From Bugula neritina (Eukaryota > Animalia > Bryozoa), in NCBI GenBank assembly GCA_964035545.1, contig OZ037765.1, forward strand, positions 12,410,698 to 12,474,697: 64,000 nt of DNA, written 5' to 3'. Below the pieces are notes generated by a model. That model was given only the letters and a program-made list of their open reading frames with translations. It had not been told where the DNA came from and did not search any database. This document shows positions 13,001-27,216 of the stretch, in pieces; position 1 is the first letter of the stretch, and each line of letters opens with the position of its first letter. A program made the position numbers and the translations under genes.

Positions 13001-16000
13001 TTTAGTCACTGCTGGCATTTTTAGTACTTGTATCTGTAAAGCTATTTTGATGACTTATGCGTTTCCTCTTTTTAGCAATGATAGGTGTCAATAAGACTAG
13101 CCATGATGCCAATCATCACAGTCACAATGCCCACACTGCCCCACCTAGCAACCCACCGAGTAGTCCTCCCCCACCATCTTCTAGGGCACCAGACACACCA
13201 CCCCCAGCTGTGCCTGAGAGATTGTGAGTTTTGGTCATGGCTTTGTTTTAGCACACTGTAAACCTGTCTTCTCAATAGCTGCATCACATTTTTTTATAAC
13301 TTAAAATTTTCTTATATTTTTAAATTTTATGTTAGAGTAAAGCAACAATGTAGACAATATATGAGATTAAAGAATACTATTTTTAGGAATGTTTGTATCT
13401 TTATATTGTAAAATATGTTTCTACAGTTTATTTTGTTAAAAGTCAGGATAGGACACCTCAAGCTTTTCAATGATAAAAGTGTCAGGTGGCAGAACTCCTT
13501 AAATATCCAATATTTTGGTTCAAACTCAGCCTTTCTATGTGTAAAATTAGTGAAACTTTTTTCTATGATTTTCAGTTTAAGCTTAAATTTGTTTGTAATT
13601 AATGTTTATTACATTATTTATCAATGGATTGATGTGTTCAGTATATTTTACTGTCTCACTGATTAATACAGAAATTATACAACAAAGTTAACCTCATATT
13701 TATAAATGTCTTTGCATCTACTTTCAGTGCTGATGAAATTCCTGACATACCGTCTTTACCCCCCTCGTGGAAGGACGCTGATCCAACGGAATCTGTTTTC
13801 CCGGCGGCTATCGAGAATATGATGACAGCAGGAGAGCAGTTGCAAGCGGCGTGCACTCTGGGTAAACGTGGTCTGGTGTCGGAGTATATGAAGATCAAGA
13901 GTTTCGCCCACCCCCATTCTTTCGTCAACTCACGGTAACTCAACTAATTGATGGTTGCTTGTCGCCTTTCTGTTGGTCTTAGTCCGCTGAGCTTTTGAAT
14001 TCACATAGTTATGTTTTATTACAGTTAACATATATAAATTATTGAATTTTTGCTTACAGATGTTCTAATTTAGTTCTAATTAATAGTTTTGTATGATTAG
14101 AGAACTTGAGATTTGCTCATTATCTACTGAAGAATTTGGTGCACTGTAAAAGTATATGTTAAAGTTTAAATAAACAAAAGTTTTAAAAATTGTATTATTA
14201 TTGCATCAGTTATACATGCTTAATGCATTTATTATACAATTTTCTGTCTTTTTTAAATATATTTTTATAAAGCTTAGTCTTTATTTTGGATAAATATGAT
14301 GATGCCTAAATTTTCAAAGATAACATTTTTTTACAATAACATTGAGTTAGTAATATTTGTATAAATTGTGCTAATCTTATTTGGGTATTTCTTGATATTT
14401 TCACAGTTTGCCTATTAATGGAGGGAAGAACAGATATTCTGACGTGCTCTGCTCCGACTACACTCGAGTAATCCTTGATACAGACGGCAAAAATGCTGGA
14501 GACTACATCAATGCTAATCACGTGAACAGCTACCGGCAGAAGAGGGGCTACATCTGCTGTCAGGGACCTCTTCCTAAAACATTCAGTGACTTCTGGAGGA
14601 TGATTTGGCAGGAAAAGGCTCGAACTATTGTCATGACGACCAAGTAGGTGTACTGGAAGGGTTCCTTGCCCGCAATCATTATGTAACACGTATAAACCTA
14701 GCCTAATGGATAAACTGTAGCATTTTAAACTGATTGTCAAAGTGGTAAATACTTGATATAAGGTGCGTTGAATGCAGTGTGAGTAAAGTGTGAAGTTGAC
14801 TGGGTATGCTGTGTTTAGGTTGGTAGAGAAGGGCAGGTCAAAGTGTGGCCTCTACTGGCCTCAGGAGGTGAATGCTATGGAGACGTATGGCTCTATCAAT
14901 GTCATGAATATGGACGTGGAAGTAGAGTCTTCCGGGGACTTCCAGACCTCTACTTTGTGTATTTGTAATAAGGCGGTACGTTCTGTTTGCTTTCACAGTA
15001 CAATTTCTTTTCATTGCTATATCTTGTGATTTGAGTTGATGTGCCCATATAAAGTTGTCACTAAATGTGTGACTTTGTTAGCTATTTTATTTTATATCAT
15101 GTCATTATTTTTCTGAAGTAGTAATTGGCTAGAAAAGCCATAAATACTGACGGCCAGAATGTTTGAACTGGTTACTGTAGTAATGGCAAGAATTTGGGTT
15201 ATTTATGATATATCATCATTATACTGATTGCTCAGTTATCTGTCTTCTAGGTCATTGCCATTTCGTTTCACCGTCTATGTAAATCATTAAAAACAATAAA
15301 ATTCTTCTGTTGGTCTTTATTTCTCATTATATATGAATGCAAATGGCAGAGTGTAGGGTATTTGGTGTGAATTGATAGTAGACACAAATACTATTGCAAC
15401 AACTGCTGTCTCCAAGGTAACAGGTGACCTTAGAGGTGTTGCACCAAGGCCACTAAATAACTGTTTGTGTTGTACTGTCAACAGACAGGTGAGACGAGGT
15501 TCGTGAAGCACATGCTGTTCTTGAAGTGGCCTGACTATGGCATTCCTCCGTGTGCCGATTCATTCTTACATTTTGTGAAGAGTGTGAGAGATATGCAAGC
15601 TAAGTCAGTGAAGGAGATGCCAGAGTGGAAGGTAAATATTTCTATTATTCCATCCAACTCAGAAGTATACACTTAGATGATGTGCTACTCTGTCTGTGTT
15701 ATATGTGACTTGAATAATTTGTTTTTCAGTCAAAACTAAACTGTGTATTTCCAAGTTGAATTTTAGAAATATAATATTTTTTAAAAAAATTTATTAGAAT
15801 ACGTAGCCGTTGTTTATATCATATTCTATATATTCCAGGGACATCCTAGAGGGCCACCTATAGTAGTGCATTGTAGTGCTGGTATTGGAAGGACAGGTTA
15901 GTTTTGCTCTTAGACTTTAAAAGTTTCTCTACCAGTATAATGCACGCTTACTAATACACATGAGCATACGTTTGTATAAGTACTTCAGTATTACAGGCAT

Positions 16001-16496
16001 GACAATTTAGTGTGTCACCCTGCATTGCAATGTGTAAATGTAACTGTCAGTGCAATATCTAATGGATAGATGGTTAGTTATTATATACTGTAACTATCAT
16101 AGTCAATAGGGAGCAGCCGTGGTCTAGGGGTTAGAGTGTTGGGCTTAGTAAACACGGAGCCACGGGTTCGAACTCCAGTGAAGGTCATTGGTGATGTTTG
16201 TGATGATAGTAACTATAAACTTGCATGAGATGTTATACAGTAATTATGTTTTGTGTTTTGTAGGCACATTTATATGTTCAGATATAGGCATGTATTTGCT
16301 GGATGACATTGGCAGACTAAACATTAGCTCTGTGGTGAAATTAATTCGAGCTCAGAGGGCCTTTGCTATACAGATGCCCGATCAGTATGTGTTCTGTCAC
16401 ATTGCAATTCTTCAATATGCACAGCAACAGGGTTACTTGCCTGCTGATATGAACATACCTCAACTGCTAGAAGATGAGGATAATTTGATTGAATAA
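10051..16496 (+). CDS. PTPN9: Tyrosine-protein phosphatase non-receptor type 9 (PTP-MEG2): CRAL-TRIO/Sec14 + PTP domain, ~14 exons
   Basis: Sec14 part: AVKFCMARKF, QRNGLVFVYDM, GSFPARLKKVLIVLAPLWFK, LPTHLGG. PTP part: KNRYSDV, DYINA, CQGPL, DFWRMIWQE, WPDYG, VHCSAGIGRTG (~15865-15897), IQMPDQYVF. Stop TAA at 16494-16496. Confidence 0.93.
16109..16198 (+). mobile_element. tRNA-derived SINE, 5' portion, in the last PTPN9 intron
   Basis: A box GTGGTCTAGGGGTT and B box GGTTCGAACTCC, then a non-tRNA tail (AAGGTCATTGGTGATGTT) shared with the copy at 18801; no acceptor stem. Confidence 0.7.
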
Positions 16497-18020
16497 TATT
16501 TATGGCAACCTGACAGCCTTCAAGTATTTCTTCGAAAACTCTCTATTCCATTTGTTTATTCACTGTTGTTGAAGGAAAGTTAACTGGTTGCACCAGGATT
16601 CTTTGCAATAATTACATTTATTTTTAAAACTGTAACTGCAGATTTGCATTTGAATTGCTATACTAAGGCTAAGTGAAGGTCTTTGGATGCCTAGCAGTGT
16701 TTTATATCATTAACAAGTTGGAATTTACTCGGTAATTTATGGTGAATTTATGTGCACTATAACAACACATTGTCTAGTAGCAAAGTAAATGACACCTTTT
16801 GTGTCATACATTCTATAATGTTGTTTGCAGTAAATGGAACTCTTCAATAAGTAGAATGAGTAAATGTTAGCTTTTCCAAGTGATGTTGAGTTGTAAGACA
16901 CCTTTACATATTTCTATGTTTATGTGACACGTTGAGATTATTGTTTAGTCAATGGAAATTTAATTCTTTATATTTATTTTGTTGTTTTAATAAGTTTTGG
17001 TATATATAATTAGTCACTATTGTAAATAATCATCACTATCACTAGAGGTAATAATGTGAACCATCGGATTCAAGTATTATATTTTCTCTCTACTTCATAC
17101 TCTGAAACCATAGTAGTAGTTTTAGACTTAGGGTTGGCTGTATCTTGGGGTTTTGTAGGTTTCATGCAATAATCAGCTTGTCTAATTTATATTATGCTAG
17201 CTTTACTTTAGGCCTATATTTATTACTTTTTTTGTGTTACGGTAATAACTTGTTCAATAATTGCTAAGTCAAATATTTAGTAACTTATGTGTTGTATTTT
17301 CCCAGTGTCATTCATTTCTCATTTTATGGATCTGTATGTTATTTGTAGATATTTCCTTTACTTTGTTAATCTTTATTGAGATCGTTAATCTGGAATTTTT
17401 CTCCTTAAGTACTATTAATATTTTATTAGTTAAAATTTTATTAATGCCTATAAGGATTTTACACAGAGTTACTATTTTGTATTTATTATCCATATTTAGT
17501 GGACTTGAAATTGATTTTGGTATATCTAATTAGTACACAGACAAGTTGACATGGTTTTGTAAAGTTTTGTTTTGATAATATTATGTTCTATCATCGTATT
17601 TTCTATGTGTGATATACACATCATTTGTTCTTGTTGTAAACCAAGAAACTCTTACTATTTGTTTTTATAACTTGTATTTAGTTATTTTACTAAATTACTG
17701 AATAGTTTCATTACACTTTTTATTTGCAGTTTAATAATACTTGTTTTGTAGTGCCTACTTATCAACTTTCTTATGCATATTACTTAAAGCAGTTTGATTA
17801 TTAAGTTGATAAATAAGTAGTGTGCTGATGCAAGTAACAGGTCTAATGAATATTAAACATTTCTAGTTGAATGTAATGTACATTATCATTGGAAAAACCA
17901 AAATATGCACATTATAAATGAGCAACTAATGAAAGAGTATGCTAAAACTTCAAAGAATTCCATGTTTTCATTGGCTTCAGCTATATGATTCATAAACAGA
18001 TTTAAATTAGCCTCAGCACC

Positions 18021-19974
18021 ATGGCAAAATCTGCTGTTAAAAGTGTAAACAAGAGTGAGGCAAACATAATATCTTCTGTTGATGTGGTGAAGTTGAACTT
18101 TGGCCAGCTAATAGATCTCTCCTTAGGTCAGACAGAAGATTCATTGAACTATGGTGCTGTTAGCTTTGGACTGCTCAGGGAGTTGTTGATGGCTGTAGTT
18201 GACAGAATGGGTAACAAATAATGGCATATGTTATTTAGTTATATGACTTTCATAAGTTTGCTGCAAGCTGGAAAACAACATATAGTAACAGCTAAAAAGA
18301 ATTACTAGAGCAGAAGTTTCAGATGTACTGGAATAGGTCCAAGTTCAAAGCTAGCTGCTTATATCCAAACAATAGGAACTGTAGATGGGTAGAATACTAA
18401 TTGTTGTTCAACCAAACCTCATGCATACAAGTTTTATTTAATTGGATAAAGCTTTGCAGTTATGAGTTTGGTGGGCTGCAATAACTTCTCAAAGCTACAC
18501 TGCATTACAATTTAAAATCAATAACTGCTACGTTTTAGCTTATTTATTATGTGAAAACACTTTTATAATTTGTTTTAAGGAGTTCGGCATAAAATAGCAT
18601 TGGCATATGACAGAAATGCTCCTCCACAATCAGTGTCAGTTGCCAATAGCCCAGCACACAGTCTGCAAAATTTAGCTGCTCCAAATAGACTTGTGAGTTA
18701 TTTTAAGATGATGAGTTAATAGTTAATACAAATGTGATAATAAAAACACAAAGGGCCAAATATATATTATGTACCTCTCTTTTATTATAATTCTATAAAA
18801 CAGCTGTGGTATAGTGGTTAGAGCACTTATTTAGCAAACCAAGGTCAGTAAAGGCCATTGGTGATGTTAAGGAGAGCATTCAGTCATAATAGAGAAAAAT
18901 TTCACAGCCCAATTAAAAACCCTTTCTATCAGGGGTTCTCAGGGGGAGGGGGGGGCTACTATAATTATAATTATTACCAGGAGCATTAAACCAACCTGTT
19001 TTCTAGCTAAGTTTTATTCTAGTTTGTTATAATGTGTAAAAATGATATATGTAGCTGACAAGCTTTGTTGAAATACCCAGTACCACTATTGTGTACAGCT
19101 GCAGAGTAGGACTGGAGATTCTATTGCTTTGGAAGAAAAAGATGAAAGTCAGAAGAATGAATTAGTAACTTCAATCAGCCAGAACAAAACAGAAACACAA
19201 TCTGACCTACAGCAAGTAGTTACAAGTGATGCAAATAATCAACTGAATAAGAATATTTCAGAACTGCAAACAAACTCCATCTTAGAAGTTCCTGTCGAAG
19301 AAAAATTGGATAGTAGCTCCAATGAGCCAGAATTTCAAACAGATGGTAAAAAGTCAAACTCTAAAGATTTTCCCACAGAAGATGAACAAATATACAATAA
19401 GAATAATGAGATTGAAACAGTTGTGGGTGGTGAGATTGAAAAAGCAGCAGAAGACACTACTGACAGCAATACCTTAAGTACAGAGAGGTTGAACAAGCAA
19501 ATCCACGATGTTGCAGAGGAAAGCAAGAATTTGCATAAAAAATATTCTGCAGCCGATGTTGACAAAAATAAGAAAGAATCTTCAAAGGTATTTAAATTCA
19601 CATTTATGGGTAATATCAAAGCACTGTTATAACTCAGTAATATTGAAGACATTACTATATGACTTGAAATATAAAGAGAATGTTGTGTCAAATAAATATA
19701 CATCTTTTCGCTATTTTTTAATTTAGATTTTAACTGCAAAATCTGCTGTCTCAGAGCCTGGCCTGTCTGACAATGTGTTAGCACCTCGACTTCTGAAGTT
19801 AGAGAAAGAAGTAGAAGGACTGAGTCAGCAAGTTCTCTTTAGTCAGCAGGTTATATGTCCTACAACCAAATTATTATAAAACTATAAGTTGTACTATTGC
19901 GAAGGTGTGGGCCATGGTACTCTGTTCTGTGCTGATGAGGGGACAAATCCCGAAACAGCTGCTGTCCACAGATT

Positions 19975-20023
<49 letters not shown>

Positions 20024-23000
20024 TTCAAAATATATGTTTATTATTAGATTTTAAAGTTAATAATATTTTGTTCTGAAATGTTAAGCCTATGGTTTTCAAT
20101 AAAATTTCACAGGTGGAAAAAGACACTAAAGATATTGAAACTCGACTGTTTGACATTGAGAATGCAATGAATAATCTAAATAATGCTGTTAAGTGGACCA
20201 GGAGCAGAATTCTAGAAATAAGTGGAAACATCACCAAACTGGAAGAAAAGTATTCGTCGTAATTTCTTACTTTAAAGATTAGAAAAGGAGTTGGTTCATA
20301 AATTTTAAATAAAAATTTTAGCCAGTCATTTATGAGCAATAGTGTTTTTTAGCAGATTTTTTATTATTGCAGACAAAATCAGAGCAAAAATATTGAAACT
20401 GTGTCATTAAATGAAGGGGAGAGTAGAACCAATCAGCAAAATATGCAGTCAAATAGAAACCCAGATCCTGAAGTTACAGCAGATAAAGTGTCTGGTTATT
20501 CAGGATTAAAAGGTTTTTCTCCTAATGATGTAAACACTGTAGAGATGGATCCATCTACGGAATATCCTTCAGAAACTTTGGGTAATTTTACACTAATTAT
20601 CTGAAATAATTTTTTTAGCTGTATTAAGACGTATATTAATAGCATTATACATATTTTTAAATGTTAGTTGCTACAAAAATGAGCAGTTCCAATAAGTTTT
20701 CATAAAAGTCAAATACATTACTCATTATTATTTTGCTAATCTAGAACAAGTTCCCTCCCCATCTGAAGGAAACATAGACCAATTAGAAGCAGCAAAAATA
20801 GACCAATCAGAGGCAGAGTTGCACCAGCGTGCACCATCTAAACACCAGTCTGATAAAGCTGTTGACATTCTGAATGCTGAGGACAACAAAGCACCAAATG
20901 CTGACGAACATGGGTTTGACTATTTAGCATTGTGTAGAATTCAAGATGAAGCTATCGGTAAATATATATCAGGATATTATGCAATAAAGTTTAGTAGGCT
21001 ACTCAGCTTTTAATTTTTAAAAATTTATTGTTAAGGTAATAAATTTTTATTATTATTGATTTAAATGATGCGTTAGTGGGAAGATTTGACAAGTATGTTA
21101 TCTGTTACTGCAGCATCTGTAAAGAATGCAAACCTTCTTCAAGCACAGAATCTGGCAGAACTTAAAGATATTGTGCATAAAGCTTTGAGCGAAATCAACA
21201 ACCGATTGATGGTCTGCATCACCTGGGAAGAACTTGAAAAGTGAGTTTGCGGTTTAAACACTAGTTGAAACACATAATTTATATGAAATTTTATACCATG
21301 ATTATAGGCCTTTCTGCTGCCATTAGCATGGGGCAGAGCTGACTTCTGAATATTATTATCTTTCACCTTATCGAATGTCTTTCTTTGACGGCCCTCGTTT
21401 TTCTTCTATTTTTCATACTTTCAGTTCTGTCGCTCATCTTTTAGTATCACCATTATTTATTTAGCCGAATAAGCATTGCTCTACAGACTCTAGTTTATTG
21501 ATGATCCCAGCACAAGAAAGTTATTAAGTTATATATTATGTGCGTGTTGCTCACCAACTAGTCAAATAGTAATTGATCCGCACCTTAGGTTTATCTACAT
21601 TTTAGGCAGGTTATAGGTATAATACTTTGTAGCTATATTACTATAAGTATACATCCGTAGCTCTACGTAGCTTCTATCATCACACATGCGATAGTATTTC
21701 ATATAAGTGTGTCTGAAAGCCATCTGGAAATGGTGTCAGCATTGAGCTAGTGCCCATTCTATGATTATGTTTATTAATCTCTATGGAAAAGCTTAGTGTG
21801 TGGTTGCATCTTATTTTATCAACTTATGATTTTAGAAACATGAAAGGTAAGTCACATAATGTCGGTGAAACAAAAGGAGAAAGTCAACATGCATCTACAT
21901 TAACTGAAATATTACACAACTTCCCACCAATTCAGTCTCAGGGTGACCTGCATGGACTGCTATCAGACTCCAACCAGTCCAGTTCAATGATAGCAACACA
22001 ACCTAAGAGTTCACAGAACTTACCAAGTAGTTTGAAGGCTGTTGAATCAACTATTAATGAAAAAGATAAAAAGACCGAGTTAGAAAGAAAGAAATTAAAT
22101 AGAATAAGTTTTCAAGAAGCGGATGTTTCAAAGCAGCAATCTAGAACAGGAGAGGATCTCAGTTCAGCAGTTGGTAGAACATCTTTACAGACGTTGGTGA
22201 GTGCAGAGTCTGTGACAGGCTTACAGAAATATTGTAGCGTTTTGGAACTATTTGTTAGATTTGGAAATTTAGGTAAATAAATATTTAGCAGATAAAGATG
22301 TACTACTGTTTTTATGTGTTTTGAAGTTTTAAATAAACAGGGAAGCTACTAAAAATAAAACTTGGCATAAATCCAGTATAAGCAAAAAGATATTCATTAT
22401 TTCAACAAACAGTAGGGATGATGGGCCACAATGGGCCGAATTTTGAAATTTTTGCTTTCATTTGTCTGTTTTTCAAGTTACTAGTTCAATAATCTCTAGT
22501 CTAAATGCTACACCAGTTGTCTATTATAAGCATCAGTTTGTTGTGTCTATCTCTTTCACAACCTTCAGAATAACAAAATTTTCCTGACGAAAAAACTGGC
22601 CCATTGTGCCCTGGTACCGGGGTACAATGGGCCACTGGGTGAGACACAACAAATGTATTAAAACTTTGCTGATTTGGTTGCATCTGATATTTCTTTATTT
22701 AATATACACAAGTAAATAAAAATACTCTTTCAGATCTACCGCAAAAATCATGTTTTAGCTGTACAGTTTGTGCCACCACAGATAGCAGGGGGAGGCAAAA
22801 TCAAACGCACATCACTCACTTTTACGGTGCCATTATCATTACTGTTTAAAACTAAAAATGCTTTTTCTATTTCCACTTCACGGAAACTTTCATCAGAAAA
22901 AACTTCAATAACGTGTGCTACAAAATTCCGGATGGACTTTTTTCTATCAACTGTAGCTAAGGTAGCTGAAGTTTGTGGCTGGAGTGCAGAAGGGGGAGAA

Positions 23001-26000
23001 GAGGAAATGAGCAAATCACAATTCATTTTAGTCAATTACATGTATATTCCCTCAATGATATAATGTATAATGAATATCATGACTATCCATTAGTAGCAAC
23101 AGCAGAGTGTTTTGTATGATGTATAAAACGGCAAAGCTATAACCTCACCCGACATATATGAGGCCAGCTTAACCTTGTAGTTTGGTACTCTTACCATGAT
23201 GTCTTTGATATTTTACAAAAAAAAGTCAGAAATGGCTATATTTTTAGGTTTTATTAACATTTCAACTAACTTTTTTGACAAACAAACTAATAACAGTGAT
23301 CAGGGTGCAATAGTAAGGTGGCTCATTGTGCCCTGTGTGGCCAAATTGAAAATAAATGTGGCTCAAGGGAAATTTATTTCAGTGTTTGCTGTTATACTAG
23401 TTAAGCAATGTAGAGACAAGCAATGGCAACAATATTAATAAAATATAGGCTTGTTACCTTTGAGTGTAAAAAGTTATAAAACTTTAATGACATCTTTAAA
23501 AACTTACAAAATGTAGGTAAAAACAGTTTTTGACTCGCCTCTTCAACATGTCTGCTCTGCAAGTGTTGAAACTACAATGGCTGAATAATTATGTCAATAC
23601 CTTTTCATTAAAAAATCACAACTCTAAGTCAATGAGTTCTCACAATTTGACCAGCTCTTTGTACCCCTTTGACCAATGTGCCCCCCCTCCCCTCCCATTA
23701 CCCCTATTATAAAGCTGTTGACATTTTATGTGTTTCAGGCAAAGAGAGAAAATGCAAAAGAAACTGCTAGTTATAAGAAGACAACTCCCATTAGCCGAGT
23801 AGGAAGTTCTGCTCTGTCTGTAGCTGGTTCAAACACACAGATGTCTCCTGAAGCTCAACCAAGAGTCAGGTGGAATAGCACACTAACACATGCAAACACA
23901 CTTTCTAGTGAAGCACTGCTGACAAAATCTGGTCCATCAGAAGATTTTGAGAAGATGCTCACTAAATTGGGTAAAAAATTTCTTACAATGAAGTCTGTAA
24001 TAAAATGAAGTTTTTTTGCAACCAAGTCAATGCTTATAGTAGTCTTTACTATTGATTATAGATAAACAGAGTTAGTCATTTAATGTTTTTGAGTATCTAA
24101 AACAATAAATAAATGTATTATATCTCTGAATTTATTGAGTAAGAAACTTTTAACCCGTTATCAAACTAGAAAATAGTCCTTTTCTTGACGAACTTTCAAA
24201 CATCAACAAACAATATTAACAGTAGCAATTGCTCTATTAAAATTTCACAGAAAAACCACAACTGCGTATACTTGCTTGTCTTAGGTGAAACACCAAGTAA
24301 ACAAGAAGCCTTGGCAAAATATCTTGAAAAGTTAAACTTAGGGAAAGCTGAAAAAGAAGAAATTCTCAAGTTTAGAGATTTAAACGATGAGCAACTATGC
24401 CTTCTAGAAGAAAAGGTCCTACAACAAGGTCAAGAGTTGGCTTCATTCAGAGAAATTGTACAGTGAGCTAATAAGACATATTTTAGGGCCTTACATTGCA
24501 CATTCTTTAATTACAAAAATATTTTAATTTTCATTTAGCCTTCAAGTGGTAATATAAAATTAAGTTGATAATTACTGGAATGGACATTATAGCTGTATAG
24601 AAGGTTATTGGTAACATAATATATTTCTCACACAGGCATATAACCACTCAGAAGGTGGACAGAGACTACCTGACATTAGCTCTTTCTATGAAAAGTGACA
24701 AGAAAAACATGGCAGACCTTGTAGATATCAAATATTTCAAAAATGTTGTCAAAGTGTTGGAAGACGACATAGAAGCTCTGAAATTAAAATCTGCAGCCAT
24801 TGCTAAGGAAATACATTGGAAGTATGCAGACAAGTTTGTTTTCAAACTGGTAGCCTTTGTTTCCGAAATGATAAAATTTTTGACCAAAGTTATGAACACA
24901 AAGCATTACTAAGTAATACTTGTATATCTATTATTAAATATTACATGTATAAATTTTACATTCATGATAAATAATATTCTATATACTAAAGATTTGACTG
25001 AAATCTTGCTTATGCTAGGACAGCAGTAGAAAAGCTGCAAGCTGTTGTTGATAATAAAGCTGAAAAAGATGAACTGATTTCAACAAAGAGAATTTTGAAG
25101 CACTTTGAGGCAAAACTAAATGAGTTATCTCAGAAGGACTACATGGTAATCTCAATGTTTTTACTAATGAGAAAATGACAGTTTCAGTCAGCTTTTAATT
25201 AGCCTGAGATTTTATAAAATGAATAGTTATTATTGCTGACTTTTATTGCAATCAACTACCTACTCATAGTGTGGAACACACAGCTGAATCATTGACCTGG
25301 CTAAAAAGATCTGAAATCCCAAATCAATTCAAAATATTTTCACATAATACTTATTAAATTTTTTTAGCTTATAGCCCTTAAACAGTCTGCATTGATGATA
25401 GCTAAAATATACATGTATATAAATATTTTAATACTGCATATGTGTGAACTATGTCATGGATTCTTTAATTAAGCTACAATCAGAAATTGCATATATATGA
25501 ATTATGGCCTAAAACTGGACACATCAGTTTTTTGTGGTTTTGTATATTTTCAGTTTAGCACTGATGAAGCAGTTGCTTTTAAGAAGCAAATTATTCCTTT
25601 CAGCTGCCTTTCCTGCAACAAAAATATCAATTTGAACTCAAACAGAGTGTAAGTTTATTAGAACTTGCAGTTCTTTAACTAAGAGCAGTCATAGCAGTGA
25701 TAGTAGCCGCAGCAGTAATTGCAGCAGTGGCAGTGAAAATGCTAGTTTAGTAAAAGTCCTAAGAGGAGTGAGTTGTAACTTTAGCACTAATAGTAATGCC
25801 ACTAACTACAAAAGCCAAAGTTTTATCAACTATGGAATTAGATGTTGAATGTTTTTGTCATGTGACACAACAGCCCTCTGTATGACTAACAGTTGGCTGT
25901 AATACTTTAAGAAAGTTAGGAAAGTTTTTATCATATATTTAGCCCACAGAGTTTACCTGCTCAAGGAAGTGTGTCTGGGCATAAGTCTAACCACCCATAC

Positions 26001-26828
26001 ACAACTTATGAGATAAAGAAAATCAGGCAGCAATTTCAAGATAGAGAGGATCCATATTTTGACATCTACAGTTCACCAAGACCTGCTGGTGGTACCTACA
26101 CTATGGTAGATCCATTGAGACACATGAGACAAGTCAAGAATTACAACCCTGTAATATACTAGTTTGTATATTATGTAATATGTATATAATTATCTACCGA
26201 TAGTTACAATGTAACACTAAATAAATTATAAGGGCTTGTCTAAAAATGTTATTTCTTATAGAAACATGTTCTAGGTCTTGTTTAAGTTTATACATTATAT
26301 ATATTACAACTCAACCAGTTGGTTTAAAGGTGTAGATACGTTTTTTAATTCTAGTGGAGTATTTGGAATTGAAATCAATTTTAAATGAAAAGCAGCCACC
26401 TGCTTGTGCTCCAAATATTTCTTAGTGTTAATGAATTTGGAGCTGGAAATCTTCAGTTATCTTCACATTTCTGTATTGACTTGCAAATTTTAAATCAGAA
26501 ATGTCAAAGAAATTTTAAGGGTATTTCATGTTTTAGCAATCACTGTTTTCCTAGCTGGTACGTTTTATTTCAACTGCGAGAAATTATTATATCAAATATA
26601 AAATAAATCTAGGTAATTCAAGAATGCACAATTGACCAAACTAGTCCCTACCCAACTATAAATGTGCATAACCATGTGGTAGTTGGCCAAGATGGGAAAA
26701 TATATAAAGGAGAAAGCACAGAAAGACTTCCAAATCTCAGCCCTAAGAAAGCCACAGTTGAGATGCCATCAGCTCCATATAATAAACCAAAAAGACCAGA
26801 AACTTCTCCTTCAGCTTCTTCATTCTAA
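18021..26828 (+). CDS. QRICH2/C16orf96-like (DUF4795-type) coiled-coil protein, multi-exon
   Basis: ATG in good context (GCACCATGG). N-terminal LIDLSLG...GAVSFGLLRELL, long low-complexity/coiled exons, and C-terminal FSCLSCN, HPYTTYEIKKIRQ, RPAGGTYT, VVGQDGKIYKG resembling the QRICH2 C-terminus. Stop TAA at 26826-26828. Confidence 0.75.
18801..18890 (+). mobile_element. Degenerate second copy of the tRNA-derived SINE
   Basis: CAGCTGTGGTATAGTGGTTAGAG...AAGGCCATTGGTGATGTT aligns with 16114-16198; B box missing. Confidence 0.55.
19927..19971 (+). ncRNA. Type I hammerhead ribozyme, complete core
   Basis: Stem I CTGTG/CACAG; CTGATGA (19932-38); stem II GGGG-ACAAA-TCCC; GAAA; stem III ACAG-CTG-CTGT; GTC cleavage triplet at 19964-66. 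Confidence 0.88.
19978..20022. repeat. (TA)n microsatellite
   Basis: Directly visible. Further (TA)n tracts at ~32790-32853, 32899-32987, 37884-37964, 39630-39719, 50420-50525, 59609-59821 and 62825-62914. Confidence 0.95.
22414..23695 (-). mobile_element. Internally deleted pogo/Tigger-like DNA transposon relic (intronic)
   Basis: Repeated, inverted subterminal motif GGGC/TACAATGGGCC (~22423, 22598, 22620, 23320, 23670). The minus strand gives LLLLMDSHDIH (~23070-23102), resembling the pogo DDE_1 motif LLxxDxHxSH. Boundaries approximate. Confidence 0.45.
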
Positions 26829-27216
26829 TCTAACAGAAATATTATGTAGTTCAACATGCCCTGTGACTGTGCCCTATATTGCAGCGGCTATTTTCATATT
26901 TCAATTTCTCTGTACAGCGAGTTGCTGATTTTTAATGCAAGTATTTCGAGAACACATGATTAATAGCTGTTCGATTATATAAAACTTTTGACAATAATAT
27001 TGTAAGAGAATGTGTTTACTATAATTATGAATCCTTTTGGTGGCTGTCCTCTCTTTTCAACCTGTTTTCTGAGAATATAATGTTGTTTGACAAGAAATAA
27101 CTATACTTATCTAATAATAATAGAACTGAATCAATTGTTGATAAAATTTTATATATAGGTTTAGATGATAGGATATAGTTTATTGAATTTCAAATATAGG
27201 TAGGTATAATAAATAT

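Noticed and set aside
14306-14740. Antisense ORFs over real exons (also at 6180, 6259, 13656, 19335, 60493)
   Set aside because: Shadow frames of genuine coding sequence on the opposite strand.
16109-16180. Possible tRNA gene
   Set aside because: A and B boxes are present but there is no acceptor stem, and the tail is shared with a second copy, so it is a SINE.
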